A stretch of DNA of 64,000 nt from Caecitellus pseudoparvulus (lineage: Eukaryota > Protista > Bigyra: Bicosoecida): positions 434,001 through 498,000 of the forward strand of contig CBFFRQ010000013.1 in the NCBI GenBank assembly GCA_965644315.1. Direction: 5' to 3'. A model generated the notes under the pieces. It was not told the DNA's origin. It worked only from the letters and a program-made list of their open reading frames with translations, and did no database searches. Each line of letters starts with the position of its first letter. Within the stretch, counting starts at the first letter, position 1. Made by a program: the position numbers and the translations under genes. Below are positions 22,181-33,400 of the stretch, piece by piece.

Positions 22181-24422
22181 ATGCCATCACAGGGCCGCTT
22201 GCAAGCTGCCCGGGCGCGTAGCAGGGACAGACAAGCCGCTCGTGCGGCTGCCCGCCTCGCCGAGGTTTCGGGGGAGCGTGGAGCTCGAGGGGGGCGTGAA
22301 GGGCGCCGACAAGCCGAGTTTGACCAGGCAGCTGGGGAACGAAGCAGGGAGAAGCGTGCACGGCGCAGGCGCTCTGGGGAGTCAGTATCTGGATGGGGCG
22401 GCGAAGCAGAGCAAGGAATCCCAGCTTCGCGAGCGTTACCGGGCAAGCAGAGAGCTCGCAGTGGAGGCCGGAGCAGGCAACGTGCTGGAAGCAAGCCTCG
22501 CGCCAGTCCGCATGCTCAACAGGCAGTGGAAGGCGAAGCGCGCGCCGCGAGCGGGCGGCCTGCTTATGTATCTGTGCCGTATCCTTCGAAGAGAGTGATC
22601 TTGAGCGATGGAAGTTCCGAGGTCGGGCGCAAAGAGGACAGGCAGCCAGCTGGCATTGCGGAAACTGCTTCGCGGCCTCCCCTGCTCGCTGCTCTGTGGC
22701 GCAGGAAAGACAGTAGGGCGATCATTGTACTCTCAGCAGCTGTGATGCTCATTGCATTGTGCGTGGGGGGCTTCCGACTTACGCGAGATTTCGTCGCAGT
22801 CGCCTCAGCAGGCAAGTGGGCTTCCAGCAGCAAAGTGTGGGTCACCGTTGCAAGGCTGCCTGAAGTCTGGCAGTCACAGCGTGCGACAGGTTCCATCTGT
22901 GAAGAATCGGCATCAACAGCAGGCCCACAGCCCACTTCACGCGGGGTTGGGTGCTTGCCCTGCCCACAGGGCGCGTTGTGTGCTAGAGGCCGGGTGCAGG
23001 CTTGCCCTGCGCCGCAGGTTGTGAACGCAGCGCAGGCAAGTTGCACGGACTCGAAAGACACCATCAAGCTCGCGGATGCGCTTGGAGTGGAAGGGCAATA
23101 CTTCATTCGGTGAGCCAAGGAGCTCTTGAGTCCACGCCTTGCTGTGCTCCATTCCACCATGTGTGCACTTTCTCGCTGCACTTCTCGCCTCGCTTGCAGT
23201 CGGTTGGCAGGGGCTGCGACGTGCTCTAGCACCTTTACAGGACAAGACGCAGGGCTAGGGCACCCGCTTCCAGCATCTGCTCCTGACAGTGAGCTGTCTA
23301 TGGTAACCAAGGTGCTGGAGTCGCAAGCGTGCGTTGCAGCGTCCGGATAGGGTCCAGCTCACCGTTCACGGCCGGCACATATTGCTCCTCCACAGGCGCC
23401 TGCATGCGACAGCGAATACCTCAGCAAGTACCATGACCAGGGCTGTCTCCTTGGCTGTGGACGGTCTGCGGCTTGGTGCCGCGCCTGCAGTCACTTGGCA
23501 AGCGAGGAGCAGGCTGTTCTCGTGCCGTGACGGACACGCTATTCGCCCAGCGCTGTGCATTCTGGAACAGGACTTGGGGGGCGCTTTTTCAAGCTTTTCC
23601 GCCATGGTGAGTGAAAAAAGTTGTACGGCAGGTCCGGCGGGGGTCCCCCTAGCCACGGCTGTTCACCGCCTCGCTGAGGCGGCTCAACGCCCCGCGGCCC
23701 AGCAACCTGCCACCGAGCACACACACTGGGATTTCGTTTTTGACGCCGGCTCGCGCTCAGCAGCGGGTGGAAATCCCAGGAGAAAAGCCACCCTCACGTT
23801 TGGAGGAGTGCTCCACTCCTTGCCGGTTAGGGACTCAGCCGCTGGGACTGATCGAAAAAGTGGCGCGCAGGCTTGCGCGCGCGTTTGATTTTGAATGCCC
23901 GTGATTGCGCTGTGTCCACCCCGCAACTCAGCGGGCGCCATGACGCACCCTCGATTTGCGCGCCCCCTTTCACAGGTGCTCATTTGCTGCTTGCTGGGCA
24001 TCGGCATGGCATCATCAGCTCTAAATGCGTACAGAGTGCATCGTGCCACCCCCGAGCTGCGCAGGGTGATGCAGCGAGCTGCTCTGGCGTACATTGAACA
24101 GCGCCATCGCAGGCTGGGGGAACCCACGCCCAAGAACGACGCGAAGAGTGTTGCGCTGCGAGTTGCTCTGGAGGCGCAGCCGCCCCCTGGTTCTGCTGCA
24201 GACGCTATTGGCAACACGGCCCGAGCGAAGCTCGTGGTGCAAAGCTGGGACTCTGTCGCTGAGGCGCTTAGCGCACTGCCATGCCTGGCAAGCACAGTGG
24301 TCAGCACAACGAAAGGCAACGTCCCAGCTTGGGCCTACACGGTGCGAGACCACGAGCCCGAGGGTTTTGTGAACTCTGTCCTCGGCTCAACGCCATCCCA
24401 GTTGCGTGGGCTTTGGACGTAG
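22181..24422 (+). CDS. Man1/Src1 (Heh1, MSC-domain) inner nuclear membrane protein; about 4 exons
   Basis: Basic N-terminus, TM1 (AIIVLSAAVMLIALCVGGF), luminal CLPCPQGALC...C...C, TM2 (VLICCLLGIGMASSAL), C-terminal winged-helix-like 'SWDSVAEALS...KGNVPAWAY'; last intron 23607-23975 is phase 0. Confidence 0.65.
23614..23853 (-). ncRNA. Candidate telomerase RNA, intronic and antisense to the Man1/Src1 gene
   Basis: Template CCCUAACC (23832-23825); pseudoknot GGGUGG/CCACCC + CUUUUCUC loop + CUGGGAUUU/AAAUCCCAG preceded by CAAAAACG; core-enclosing helix; distal hairpin; T6 run at the 3' end; 5' end approximate. Confidence 0.75.
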
Positions 24423-24470
24423 CAACCCTTGCGCGCTCGAAATGCAGGCTTCCTGAGTGCACGAATGCGT

Positions 24471-26326
24471 CTAAGCCATGCATTGGTTCCCCACACGCTT
24501 CACAACCACGTTCTGAGCCGCAGCGTGCAAGTGAGCTTGTGGTGAGCTGGGGCTGACTCCCGCAGCTTCCAGCTGGGCAGCCGCTGTCATGAAGGCAAGG
24601 GAGCTCTTGTACTCATCGATGTTGATGTAGCAACCCTGCAGGTGTCTAGCCGTAGCTTCACCATCCCCTTCACTCGCACCCTTGATCCCGAACGCTTCAC
24701 GTCCATGCAGCATGCGTCTGTTGTTGAACATGACCAAGTCGCCTGGCTTGAGCTTGAACTTGATGAACGCGCCAGAGTTTGGAGCACCCGAATTGGCATA
24801 CCGCTCCCTCCCTTTGATCACACGTGCGAATGCTGAGTAAGCTTCGTAGTATGCTTCCACAGCTGATGGGTGCACACACAGCGGCCCCTCGAACACTGGG
24901 GCCCAACTCACGGTGGTGATGGCCCCCTCCCGGCTGCCAGCGGGCAGGGGGCGGTGCAGCTTGTCCACAGTCGCTGTTGTCACGTGGGGTCGCTGATACA
25001 CCATGTGCACCGGGGTGTCCCGCGCATAGTGCACCTTGTGCAGGGTGGCTGGCACGGAAGCAAGGATGTCGAAGGCAGCGGGGCAGATCTCGCGGAACTG
25101 CTCGGCCACTGCCATGACGTCCATGAGAGTGCTCTCTCCTCCCTGGATAGCATCACCGAACTCCACACAATGTAAGAGCTGGATGCCAGGGGGAGACTCG
25201 TAGTACGCCAGGTCCTGGTGCAGCTCCAGGCCAAGCTGCGAGTAGGCCAGGTTCACTGGGTCCTTCTGTGCCTGGACATCAAAGACGTCGCCGTAAATGG
25301 TCCCCATGACGGGCGCCACAAGCTCTGCGACCTCCGCCACAGTGCCCCGTTCACACGGCACATCCTCAATCACGATGGCTCCCTCGCTGCGTACAAGGCA
25401 AGGTGTGGCATGGACCGTGCGCTGAGCAGAGGCGGTCGCTGGAAACGCACGCATTCATGAGAGAAAGTGCCTCCAGCAGCCCTTGCTTGCTATCAGTCAG
25501 TTTTGCGAACGGAACTCGGGAGGGGCCCGCCTGCGTGGAGGAGTCGGAGCCATCGGATGCTCCGTCGCTGCCGGCTGGGCTGCCAGCTGAGGGGGGCACT
25601 TGGAACAACATGCGCACTGCATCCCAGTCCACCGTCGGAGCCTGCTCCTCAGGATACTCCCCAGGCTCACTGCTCTCGAGCTTGGCGCCATCAAGGGGGC
25701 CAGGGCTCCCGGGTTGGGCAGTCCCAGCAGCCCGTGCCGATCTGTGCTCAAGGGAGGCCTCCGAGTAGTCATTGGCGCGGAGCCATGGGACGCTGAATGT
25801 GCTTTCTCCACCCCCTTCCCACTTGATGTGCAGGCACTGCTGCCCATGCTCTGCTGCGGTCTCAGCTGACTTGATGCCAGGCCGAAGCGGCATGGACCAT
25901 GGGGGCATCAACCGTTGGCCGGTGCCTGAGTGCAGAAACTCAGGGCTGTGGTGCCACAGCCACCGGGCGTGGAAGAAAGACTCCATTCCGTTGCTCCACT
26001 TCATCCACACCCCCTTGGGCTTGTGTGGACTGCACAGCAGGAGAGAGTTTCAAGTGCAGTGCACCTGCGGAATATATCCCACACAGGCAGGGAGAATGCA
26101 AGCCAATGCTGCGAGATGTCGACCTACCCAGCAGGTGGGACGTCATCCAAGACGTCTGTTCGTGCTAGGACGCGTTGTAGTTGTTGAGAAACAGCCCTCC
26201 TGGGTGCTCTGCATCGGCAGGCATAGCGGCGCTTGCAGATCATTCGCCCAGGGCGTCAGCAGGCTTCCAAGCTCACCCCGTTGCTGAACCAGCTGCTGCT
26301 CGCACTCTTGACATGGATGCCATCAT
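24471..26326 (-). CDS. Gamma-butyrobetaine/trimethyllysine dioxygenase family (TauD fold, 2OG-Fe(II)); multi-exon, 5' end uncertain
   Basis: GBBH-N-like 'KWSNGMESFFHARWLW...TGQRL', NLAYS...LHQDLAYYESPPGIQLLHC (HxD), FNNRRMLHGR, RHLQGCY. Confidence 0.85.
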
Positions 26327-26641
26327 AACGCCCTTCACGCTAGAAACGTTCGTCAACCTGGCACTGCCTCGGTGCAAGTGAACGTGGCTCCGCGTTTCAG
26401 CTGCGTTGCCAGGATGCGAGGGACGCCACGCAGTTGCAACACGGGCAATGAATGGCGAGCGCAGCCAGCAAACCAGTCAGCTAATCAAACCAAACCAAAC
26501 AATTGTTTACACGTGGAGTGGTTAGTTTTCCCCTCGGTGCGTTCTTTCCCCTTGGAGGGGCTTTACATGCTGCAGTGCCTGTGCCAAGTCGCAGCGACTG
26601 GCCAGACCGTCGGAATCGACAGGAGCGCCAGACGGAGCAGG

Positions 26642-27934
26642 ATGGAGGGCCTCATGTCTCTGTACCAAGCAAGATTCGACCAGGCTGTCATGCAGTTCAG
26701 CATTGCTGCGCGTGCTGATGCCGGGATGCCTCTCGCTTCTGCGCCAGCAGTCATGCCCGACACCCTCGCACTTGCGCATTGTCCGCCTGAGGTTTTGGAG
26801 CAGGTGGCGCAGGCCACTGCGCAGCTGAATACGGCCCTGAACACGGGGAGCGTGATAGCTTTGCCGGTAGGGGATCGGAAGCGCCCCAGAACGCAAGTCA
26901 AATCGACTCAAAGCACGTCCGCCTTGGTCAGCAACGCAGTGCCGAAACGCCAGCGACGCTCCACGACGGCGGCAGCACAGTGCGCCCTGCTGCCGACCGG
27001 GGCAGCGAGGAATGTAGACGGCGAGAACCTTGACCAACTCCTACAGCAGCTGTCTGAAGCAGTGGAGATGCCGCTGTCTGCAGTCGCGGCAGTGGCAGGG
27101 CCCGAATTCGGCACGGACACTGCCGGCAGCACAACGCGCAAGGTCACCCGCACGTCTGTGCTGTCTGGGGTCGACTCTTTCATTTGGAGGTATGCGCATG
27201 GGGTGAATCGCTTGGAAGGAACGGACATGCAGGAGCCCCCGCTGACGGTCGCCGAGCACTTGGGCGGCAACCCTGGAGCCACGCTGACCAGCACGTCATA
27301 CACACTGGCCGACGGCCACGTGGTCAGAGCTGTGCCCCTGCACGCCCAGGACCCACCCTTTACACAAGTACACGATGACATTCTGCGGGAAGTCATGGCA
27401 GTGTCCCCACACCTCCCTTGGGATGACATCACGGCGCTGGTGGTGGAGCGTTTCAAGAGAGCCGGGCTGAGTCTGCCGGGCACTTCATCGCGGGTGATCA
27501 AGCGCCGTGCCCTGGCCCTGCAGAATTCCAACCGCCGAGGAGGTGTGTGGACGGAGGCAGAAGACGCCCAGCTCCGGTGGGTCCTAAACCGCATGGTGGC
27601 AGAGACCCGCCCGACGTCCTTGGGAGGGGAGGGCTCCACCCGCCACGACCGACACGTGCAGTGGGCTGATGCAGCATTCCGCCTCATGTGGCGCACAGGC
27701 AAGCAGTGCCGGGACCGCTGGTATAACATCCTTGACCCCGACATTCGCCGCGGCCCTTTCACCGACGCTGAGCTGGAGACCATGCTTGCAGCCTACCAAC
27801 GCCTCGGCAAGCGGTGGACCGACATCTCCAAACTTATGCCGGGCCGCAGCGAGAGCATGGTCAAGAACTGGTTCATGGCCCGGGAGCGTGCCAAGCGCAG
27901 GGAGGCGCAGCGTGCTGCCCGCTCGCGGGGTTGA
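26642..27934 (+). CDS. Myb transcription factor (R2R3, with a possible degenerate third repeat)
   Basis: GVWTEAEDAQL...WADAA...RTGKQCRDRWYNILDPDIRRGPFTDAE...LGKRWTDISKLMPGRSESMVKNWF. Confidence 0.88.
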   Translation: MEGLMSLYQARFDQAVMQFSIAARADAGMPLASAPAVMPDTLALAHCPPEVLEQVAQATAQLNTALNTGSVIALPVGDRKRPRTQVKSTQSTSALVSNAVPKRQRRSTTAAAQCALLPTGAARNVDGENLDQLLQQLSEAVEMPLSAVAAVAGPEFGTDTAGSTTRKVTRTSVLSGVDSFIWRYAHGVNRLEGTDMQEPPLTVAEHLGGNPGATLTSTSYTLADGHVVRAVPLHAQDPPFTQVHDDILREVMAVSPHLPWDDITALVVERFKRAGLSLPGTSSRVIKRRALALQNSNRRGGVWTEAEDAQLRWVLNRMVAETRPTSLGGEGSTRHDRHVQWADAAFRLMWRTGKQCRDRWYNILDPDIRRGPFTDAELETMLAAYQRLGKRWTDISKLMPGRSESMVKNWFMARERAKRREAQRAARSRG

Positions 27935-28070
27935 ATTGTTCGCCGGGCGTGTGGAGTCCGATTGGAGCCTCTTTCCAAGCGCAGCCGGCCGAAGGCGCGC
28001 CCAGTACGCTCTGTGCGTGGGTGCAAAGCAGGACCCGACAACTGCACCCCTTGCGACAGGCCGGCAGACT

Positions 28071-29001
28071 TCACCTGTCACTGGCTCCGTCGGCAGGTGA
28101 GTCAGGGGTTGCCTGCGCGACCCCCCCTCGGCTTTGCAGTGCCTTGATCTCGTCGCTGGTCAGCGACAGGTTCTTATGCTGCACTAGGCGCACTCCACGG
28201 CGTGTCCCGCGTGCTGCTGCAACACTGCCCTTTGAGTCAATGTACGTCTGCACGGCATCTGCCATGCTGGCCCTGACACTTGCGCGCTGCTCGGCCAGGA
28301 TCTCTGCGACCAACTCCTCCGGAGACTGAGACACTGTCCGACTAAGGAAGGTCTGCAAAGAGGGGCAGCTTCAAGCGGAGTGCGAGAGGGTTGTTGGCCT
28401 TGGCCGGCAGCATAGAGCAGGCGCACCAAGTCTTTCTGAACCTCCTCTGGTGCCTGCAAGCGTTCGTAATGCTCCTTCCCGTTCTCCAGCAACCATGCCT
28501 TGGCAACACTGTAAGCTTCATCCTTGCTCTTTCCTGAGACAGATGGGCTCCTGGTATTGTGACCATGCCCACGGAGCAAGCGCAGCAAGGCTTTCTCCAC
28601 TCACCAGCCTGCATTTCCGCAACCTGGCGCTTAGCAAAGGTGGCCGCCACACTGCGCAAGCTCTGGTTCTCAGCATCTTCGATCATGGCTTGGGCATCAT
28701 ACTGAGCAATAGACGGGTTCTTGGACGCAAAGTCCCTGCGAAACAGACGCAGAAGCGAGGGTGAAGCGATTGCTGACACCGCTGGTGGACGTAGCAATTT
28801 CCGCAAGCCCAGCACGCACTTGATGAGCTGCTCCTCCACGAACCGAATCGTCGGAACATCGGACTTCTTCACTCGGGCAGGTGCAGGCAATGGTGGGACA
28901 TTGCGCACGGCGTCCCACCAAGCTGGCTTGTACCAGAGCCCGCCTCGGATCTGCTCCTTCCACTCATCCAGCAGGCGCAGGCGCCTGCGAAGCCGGGGCA
29001 T
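28071..29001 (-). CDS. Mitochondrial small ribosomal subunit protein mS23-like; about 4 exons
   Basis: KPAWWDAVRNVPPL...PTIRFVEEQLI|DFASKNP...AATFAKRQVAEMQAG...AYSVA matches the mS23/Rsm25 pattern. Confidence 0.7.
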
Positions 29002-29295
29002 CCTGGCGATGGGCGTGATGAGCAGCGTAGAATGCAGCGGGAAAGGGTGGGGTGACACTTGGGTGGAGTGTTTTAGGAGCTACGCGCCGAGTGACGTCCA
29101 CTGTGCTCGGCAAGGGTCGAGCAACAGCGCTGCGTGAGACCTGTCACAGCACGCGTCAGCTGTGCAGAACAAAACCAAACTACGCGCCAGAATCGTTGAA
29201 CCGGCTCAAGGACACGGGTGCCTTGCCTGTACATGCTTGCTCTTGGCCCCGTCCAGCACGAGTGCTCCCGACTGGTCGCGAGCAAGCTGCGCGAC

Positions 29296-30363
29296 ATGGC
29301 TGAGGCATTTTTGGGCTTCACGCCCAGCACATTCACTGACGACGGTAGGAACTGCGCTGCGTTCGCGCCTTCGAAAGTTACTACATGGCCCGCCCTTTCT
29401 TGTCTCATGCGCAGTGTTCAACAGCGTGGATGCGTACGTCGCGGATGCCATGGACCAGCTCGAGAAGGAAGTGGAGCGGGTAAGGCGCCACGGCAGGGGC
29501 GGCTGTCCCGAATGCCCGCCGTGCAGAGCTTCCTCCCTTCACTGTGTACAGCAACTTGGAATCGGAGGTCGAGCCCGGAAGTCTGCAGCTGCCAGGTCTG
29601 AGTTGCACGAGGTGCGCCTCGCGTTTGCGCGCGGAAATTGCAACGCTTGTCAACGGCAGCCCCCCCTCGTCCGCGCACTTCGCAGGGATGCGACGCCCTC
29701 ACGTCAAGGCTCCAGGAGGTGTTTCACTTAAACGTGGACAAGTTTGAGCTGTATGTACTCAAGAACTTGTTCGTCATGCCAGAAGCGTCTGTGAGTGCCG
29801 TGTGCCAGACGAGCCACTTCTGCTGGCCTCACGCAGCTGCTGCCACTGGTGCTCCCCGCTTTCAGGATGAGCAGGAGCACGCTGAAGAGCAGGGGGACGA
29901 CGAAAAGGCCTTGGAACAATCAGAGGAAGAGGCTGCAGCACTGGCAGCGGAACTTGAAGAGCTGAAGGCTTCCGTTGCCAAGGCGCGCTCCAAACATCGG
30001 GCCTTGCTCAGTATCAAGCGCTTGTACGAGAAGCGTCTGCCCGCAGCTCGCAGCTCTGCCCAGGCCCTGAAGGATGCCATGGGCACCCTGGCAACTCCAG
30101 AGACCAGCACAGGCGGCGGTGGTGAGGAGGCCAGCAGGCCTGGTCCCAGTACGCAGGCTACTGTTGCAGATTTGGTGTCAGAGGCTGCCGAAGTTGCCGC
30201 CATGTGTGGCCGCCTGTCAGCTGCTGCAGGCGACCAGTCTGGCGGCAATGCTGGGAGCAGCAAGCGCGGGCGCTCCAGGCAGTCATTTGGGGGGGTGCTC
30301 TCTCAGTATGAGCGTGATGTGAAGACGATGGGTGGCGGCGTGCGGGGAAAGGGCAAGAAGTAG
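29296..30363 (+). CDS. MIS12: Kinetochore protein Mis12; multi-exon
   Basis: EAFLGFTPSTFTDD|VFNSV...NVDKFELYVLKNLFVMP followed by coiled coil. Confidence 0.8.
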
Positions 30364-30437
30364 CAACAATTCAGAAGTGCATTCACAACCGAAGTCACGC
30401 CCCCCCAGCGATCACCCCGCCCACACACTGGCTCAAA

Positions 30438-33400
30438 CTAATCGCGGTGGGCCCCCGCCAGGGACGGGAGCACCCCACGAGGCGGAGTGTCGCTGTGCAT
30501 GACTGCCGCTTCCGGCCTCGCCGCGCCAGAGATGGGTGGCAAGGCGCCTGCTGACCGCATGCTTGACGTGCTGGACACCGTCGTGATGGACTGCTCTGGG
30601 GATGCCTGCGGCGCTGCAGCTGCAGGCTTGCGTTCAGCGGCAGAGCGGGCGGGCTGCGGCTCGCCCTCTTCCAGCCCTGGCGTGTCCGGGCTCGCACCCT
30701 GCTTCGCCGCTTGCCGGGCGCGCAGGCGCTGCACGTGCTCCTCGGGCAGACTGAAGGGCCTGGACAGGGAGACAAAGCTGCTCATTGCAACAGCCAGGCT
30801 GCGGCGCTGTCGCCTACTCAGTGCTTGTGACTTGCGCGGAGCTGGGTCAGGGTCTTCCTCTCCCGAGGGATGTGGGCCTTCGTCTGCTGACTCGGTTGGG
30901 CTTGGGGGTGGTGTGGGGGAGACAGCTTCAAGCCCTCGAGCTGACAGCTGGTGCAGCTCTTCGTCTGTCATGCCATGCTGCAGGGCAAGGGACCGGAGTG
31001 CCCGTCGCTGGACAATGACCCGGGACATGAAGCGTGAGATGACAGTTGCTGCCAGGTAGTGCTCGAGGCGCCAGTCTTCCTCCGAGTCACTGTCTTCCTC
31101 CCAGACCAGCTCCTGTGGCACGGTAAACTCCTTGCCCTGTCCGCGAAGGGTTTCTTCGAAGACCCGCTTTGCGAGCGCTTGGCCCATGTCGTGGAACTTC
31201 GCCATGCCATTGGCGGTGACTCGCAAATCAAGTTGGTGCATGCGAGCCTGCAGCTCCCTGTCAGAGGCTTCGTACGCGCCGAATCCCAAGGGCTCCGGCA
31301 GCTGCTGCAGCATCTTGGTGATGCTAGTGGAGGGCACCTCTCCGACGCCTTGGGGGTCGTACAGCACCCACACTTCCCTGAACTGATCAAACTGCTCGTC
31401 GGTCAGCCGCATGCCAGTGTCATCTGTCTCGGAGAAGCCCTCGATGACCACCGCAATGAGCAGGTTCAAGAAGACAAACGTTACGAAAATTGTGAAGGAG
31501 TTGAAGTACACGTAAGCTATCACGGACCCACAGCCGGTGAGGGGCGCACACGTGTCCAGGTTGTCAGAAAAGCCGCACATGTGCTTCTTTTCATCGTACG
31601 GCACGTTGTCCAAGTCCGTGCACTTGTCCGTTTCAGCAGCCTCGTACATGATGCCATTCCAGCTCTCCCCGGTGGACGCTCGCATCAATACAAGCAAGGC
31701 ATTCCCAAAAGTTTCGAAGTTTGCGTGGCGGTCGATGAACTCCCCATGCTGCACTGCCGCGAAAAGTTGCACGCCCATGACAGCGTAAATGAATAGCAGC
31801 AGGAACAATAGCGCTCCGATGTTGCCCAAGGAAGGCAGTGTCAACATGAGGGTCTTGAACAGCTGGTTCAGGCGCCGGGCGCGCTTCACGATGCGGAGGA
31901 CACGCCCAATGCGGAATGTGCGAATGACTGTGGCAACCGAGCCGATGTCCACACCAGTGGCAAAGCGGACGATGATGCCCACGACAGACGCCAGCACAAT
32001 GGTGAAATCAAAGATGTTCCATGACGAGCTGAAGTATGTCATGCGCAAGGCGATGAGCTTCACCACTGCCTCTGCAAGGAAGAGCACAGCAAATATGTAG
32101 TTGATGACCACCAGCGCAAGTGCATATTCAGTCGGCTGACCCCAGAATTCAATGGCCATTGTAAATGTGTTCAAGATGATGCACACCATGATGAAGGCCT
32201 CGAAGAAAGGGTGCATGATGACGTCTTGGGACCACTGCTGCAGAGCGTTGGTCGCAGGGGGTGGGCGCACATACGGCTGCAGCTTCAACATGGCCTCCTG
32301 GGTGCGCACCCACTCCTTCTGCTCTTCAGTCAAGAGTACGCTACCACCATGCTTGATTTTCATCTGGTTGAAGTTGTCGATGACCACACCTACGAACAAG
32401 TTCACCGCAAAGAAGGAACCCACCACCATGAATGCAATGAAAAACCACACCCACCCGGGCCTGAAATCTCGCACAGGCTGCATCTCCACCCCCCGCGCGT
32501 CAACACCTTGCCACATTACGTCCGCCCACCCCTCAGTTGTGCTCATTTCGAACAGCGTCCCGATGGCCTGCAGGATGTTGTCGAAGCGGGACGGCAGCAC
32601 AGCCTCCCACTCGCCACCAAGGACGTCACATAGAGTTCGCGACACAGGTGGCGAAGTCAAGTACTTCGAGGTGTACGAGGACAAGAAGTCTTGCGGCGTG
32701 GCTTCGGCGGGAATGCCGGAGCTGGCTCTGGCAGCCGCATGGTTGGGACTGGAAGCATTGAAGAGCGCGGCATGGAACGGCGTCACATCATTCCATGACA
32801 GGGGGTAGGTGATGAGGGACACCACTGCGGGGGAGAAGGACTCGAAAGCCGAGCCGCCACAAGCAAAGAAGGAGCCCTTGAAGTAGTTCACTGTCAAGAT
32901 GCCGAAAATGAGGAAAAACATCGCACACACAAGCACGACATTGGCGATGCTCTTCATGCTCGCGATCAGCGCGTTCACCACCAAGCGGAGTCCAGGGCGC
33001 CGCGAGACCACTCGCAGTGGACGCAACGCCCGGAGCGCACGCAAAGCTCGCAGGGAAGAGAGGGCAGAGTTTCCGTCCAGGGCCAGGGCTGCGATGGAGA
33101 TGATAACGATGCAGAAGTCCAGGATGTTCCACCCCGACCGCAGGTAAGCACCCTCGTGCATGAAGAAACCGAGGGCGACAATCTTCAGGACCATTTCCAC
33201 GGCAAAGAGGGTCGTCAAGATGATGTCAATGATGCCAATGGCTATGGCTGTGGTGCCGTTGGGATCTAGGAGCGGGTTGTCGATGGCCAGGGTGACCGAG
33301 GAAATGAAGATCAACAGCAAAATGCCGCGGTCGAACCACACGTTGGAAACGACGTCAAACACGTGCCTGCGAAACGCGTTGTCCTTCTCCAAGCAGCACA

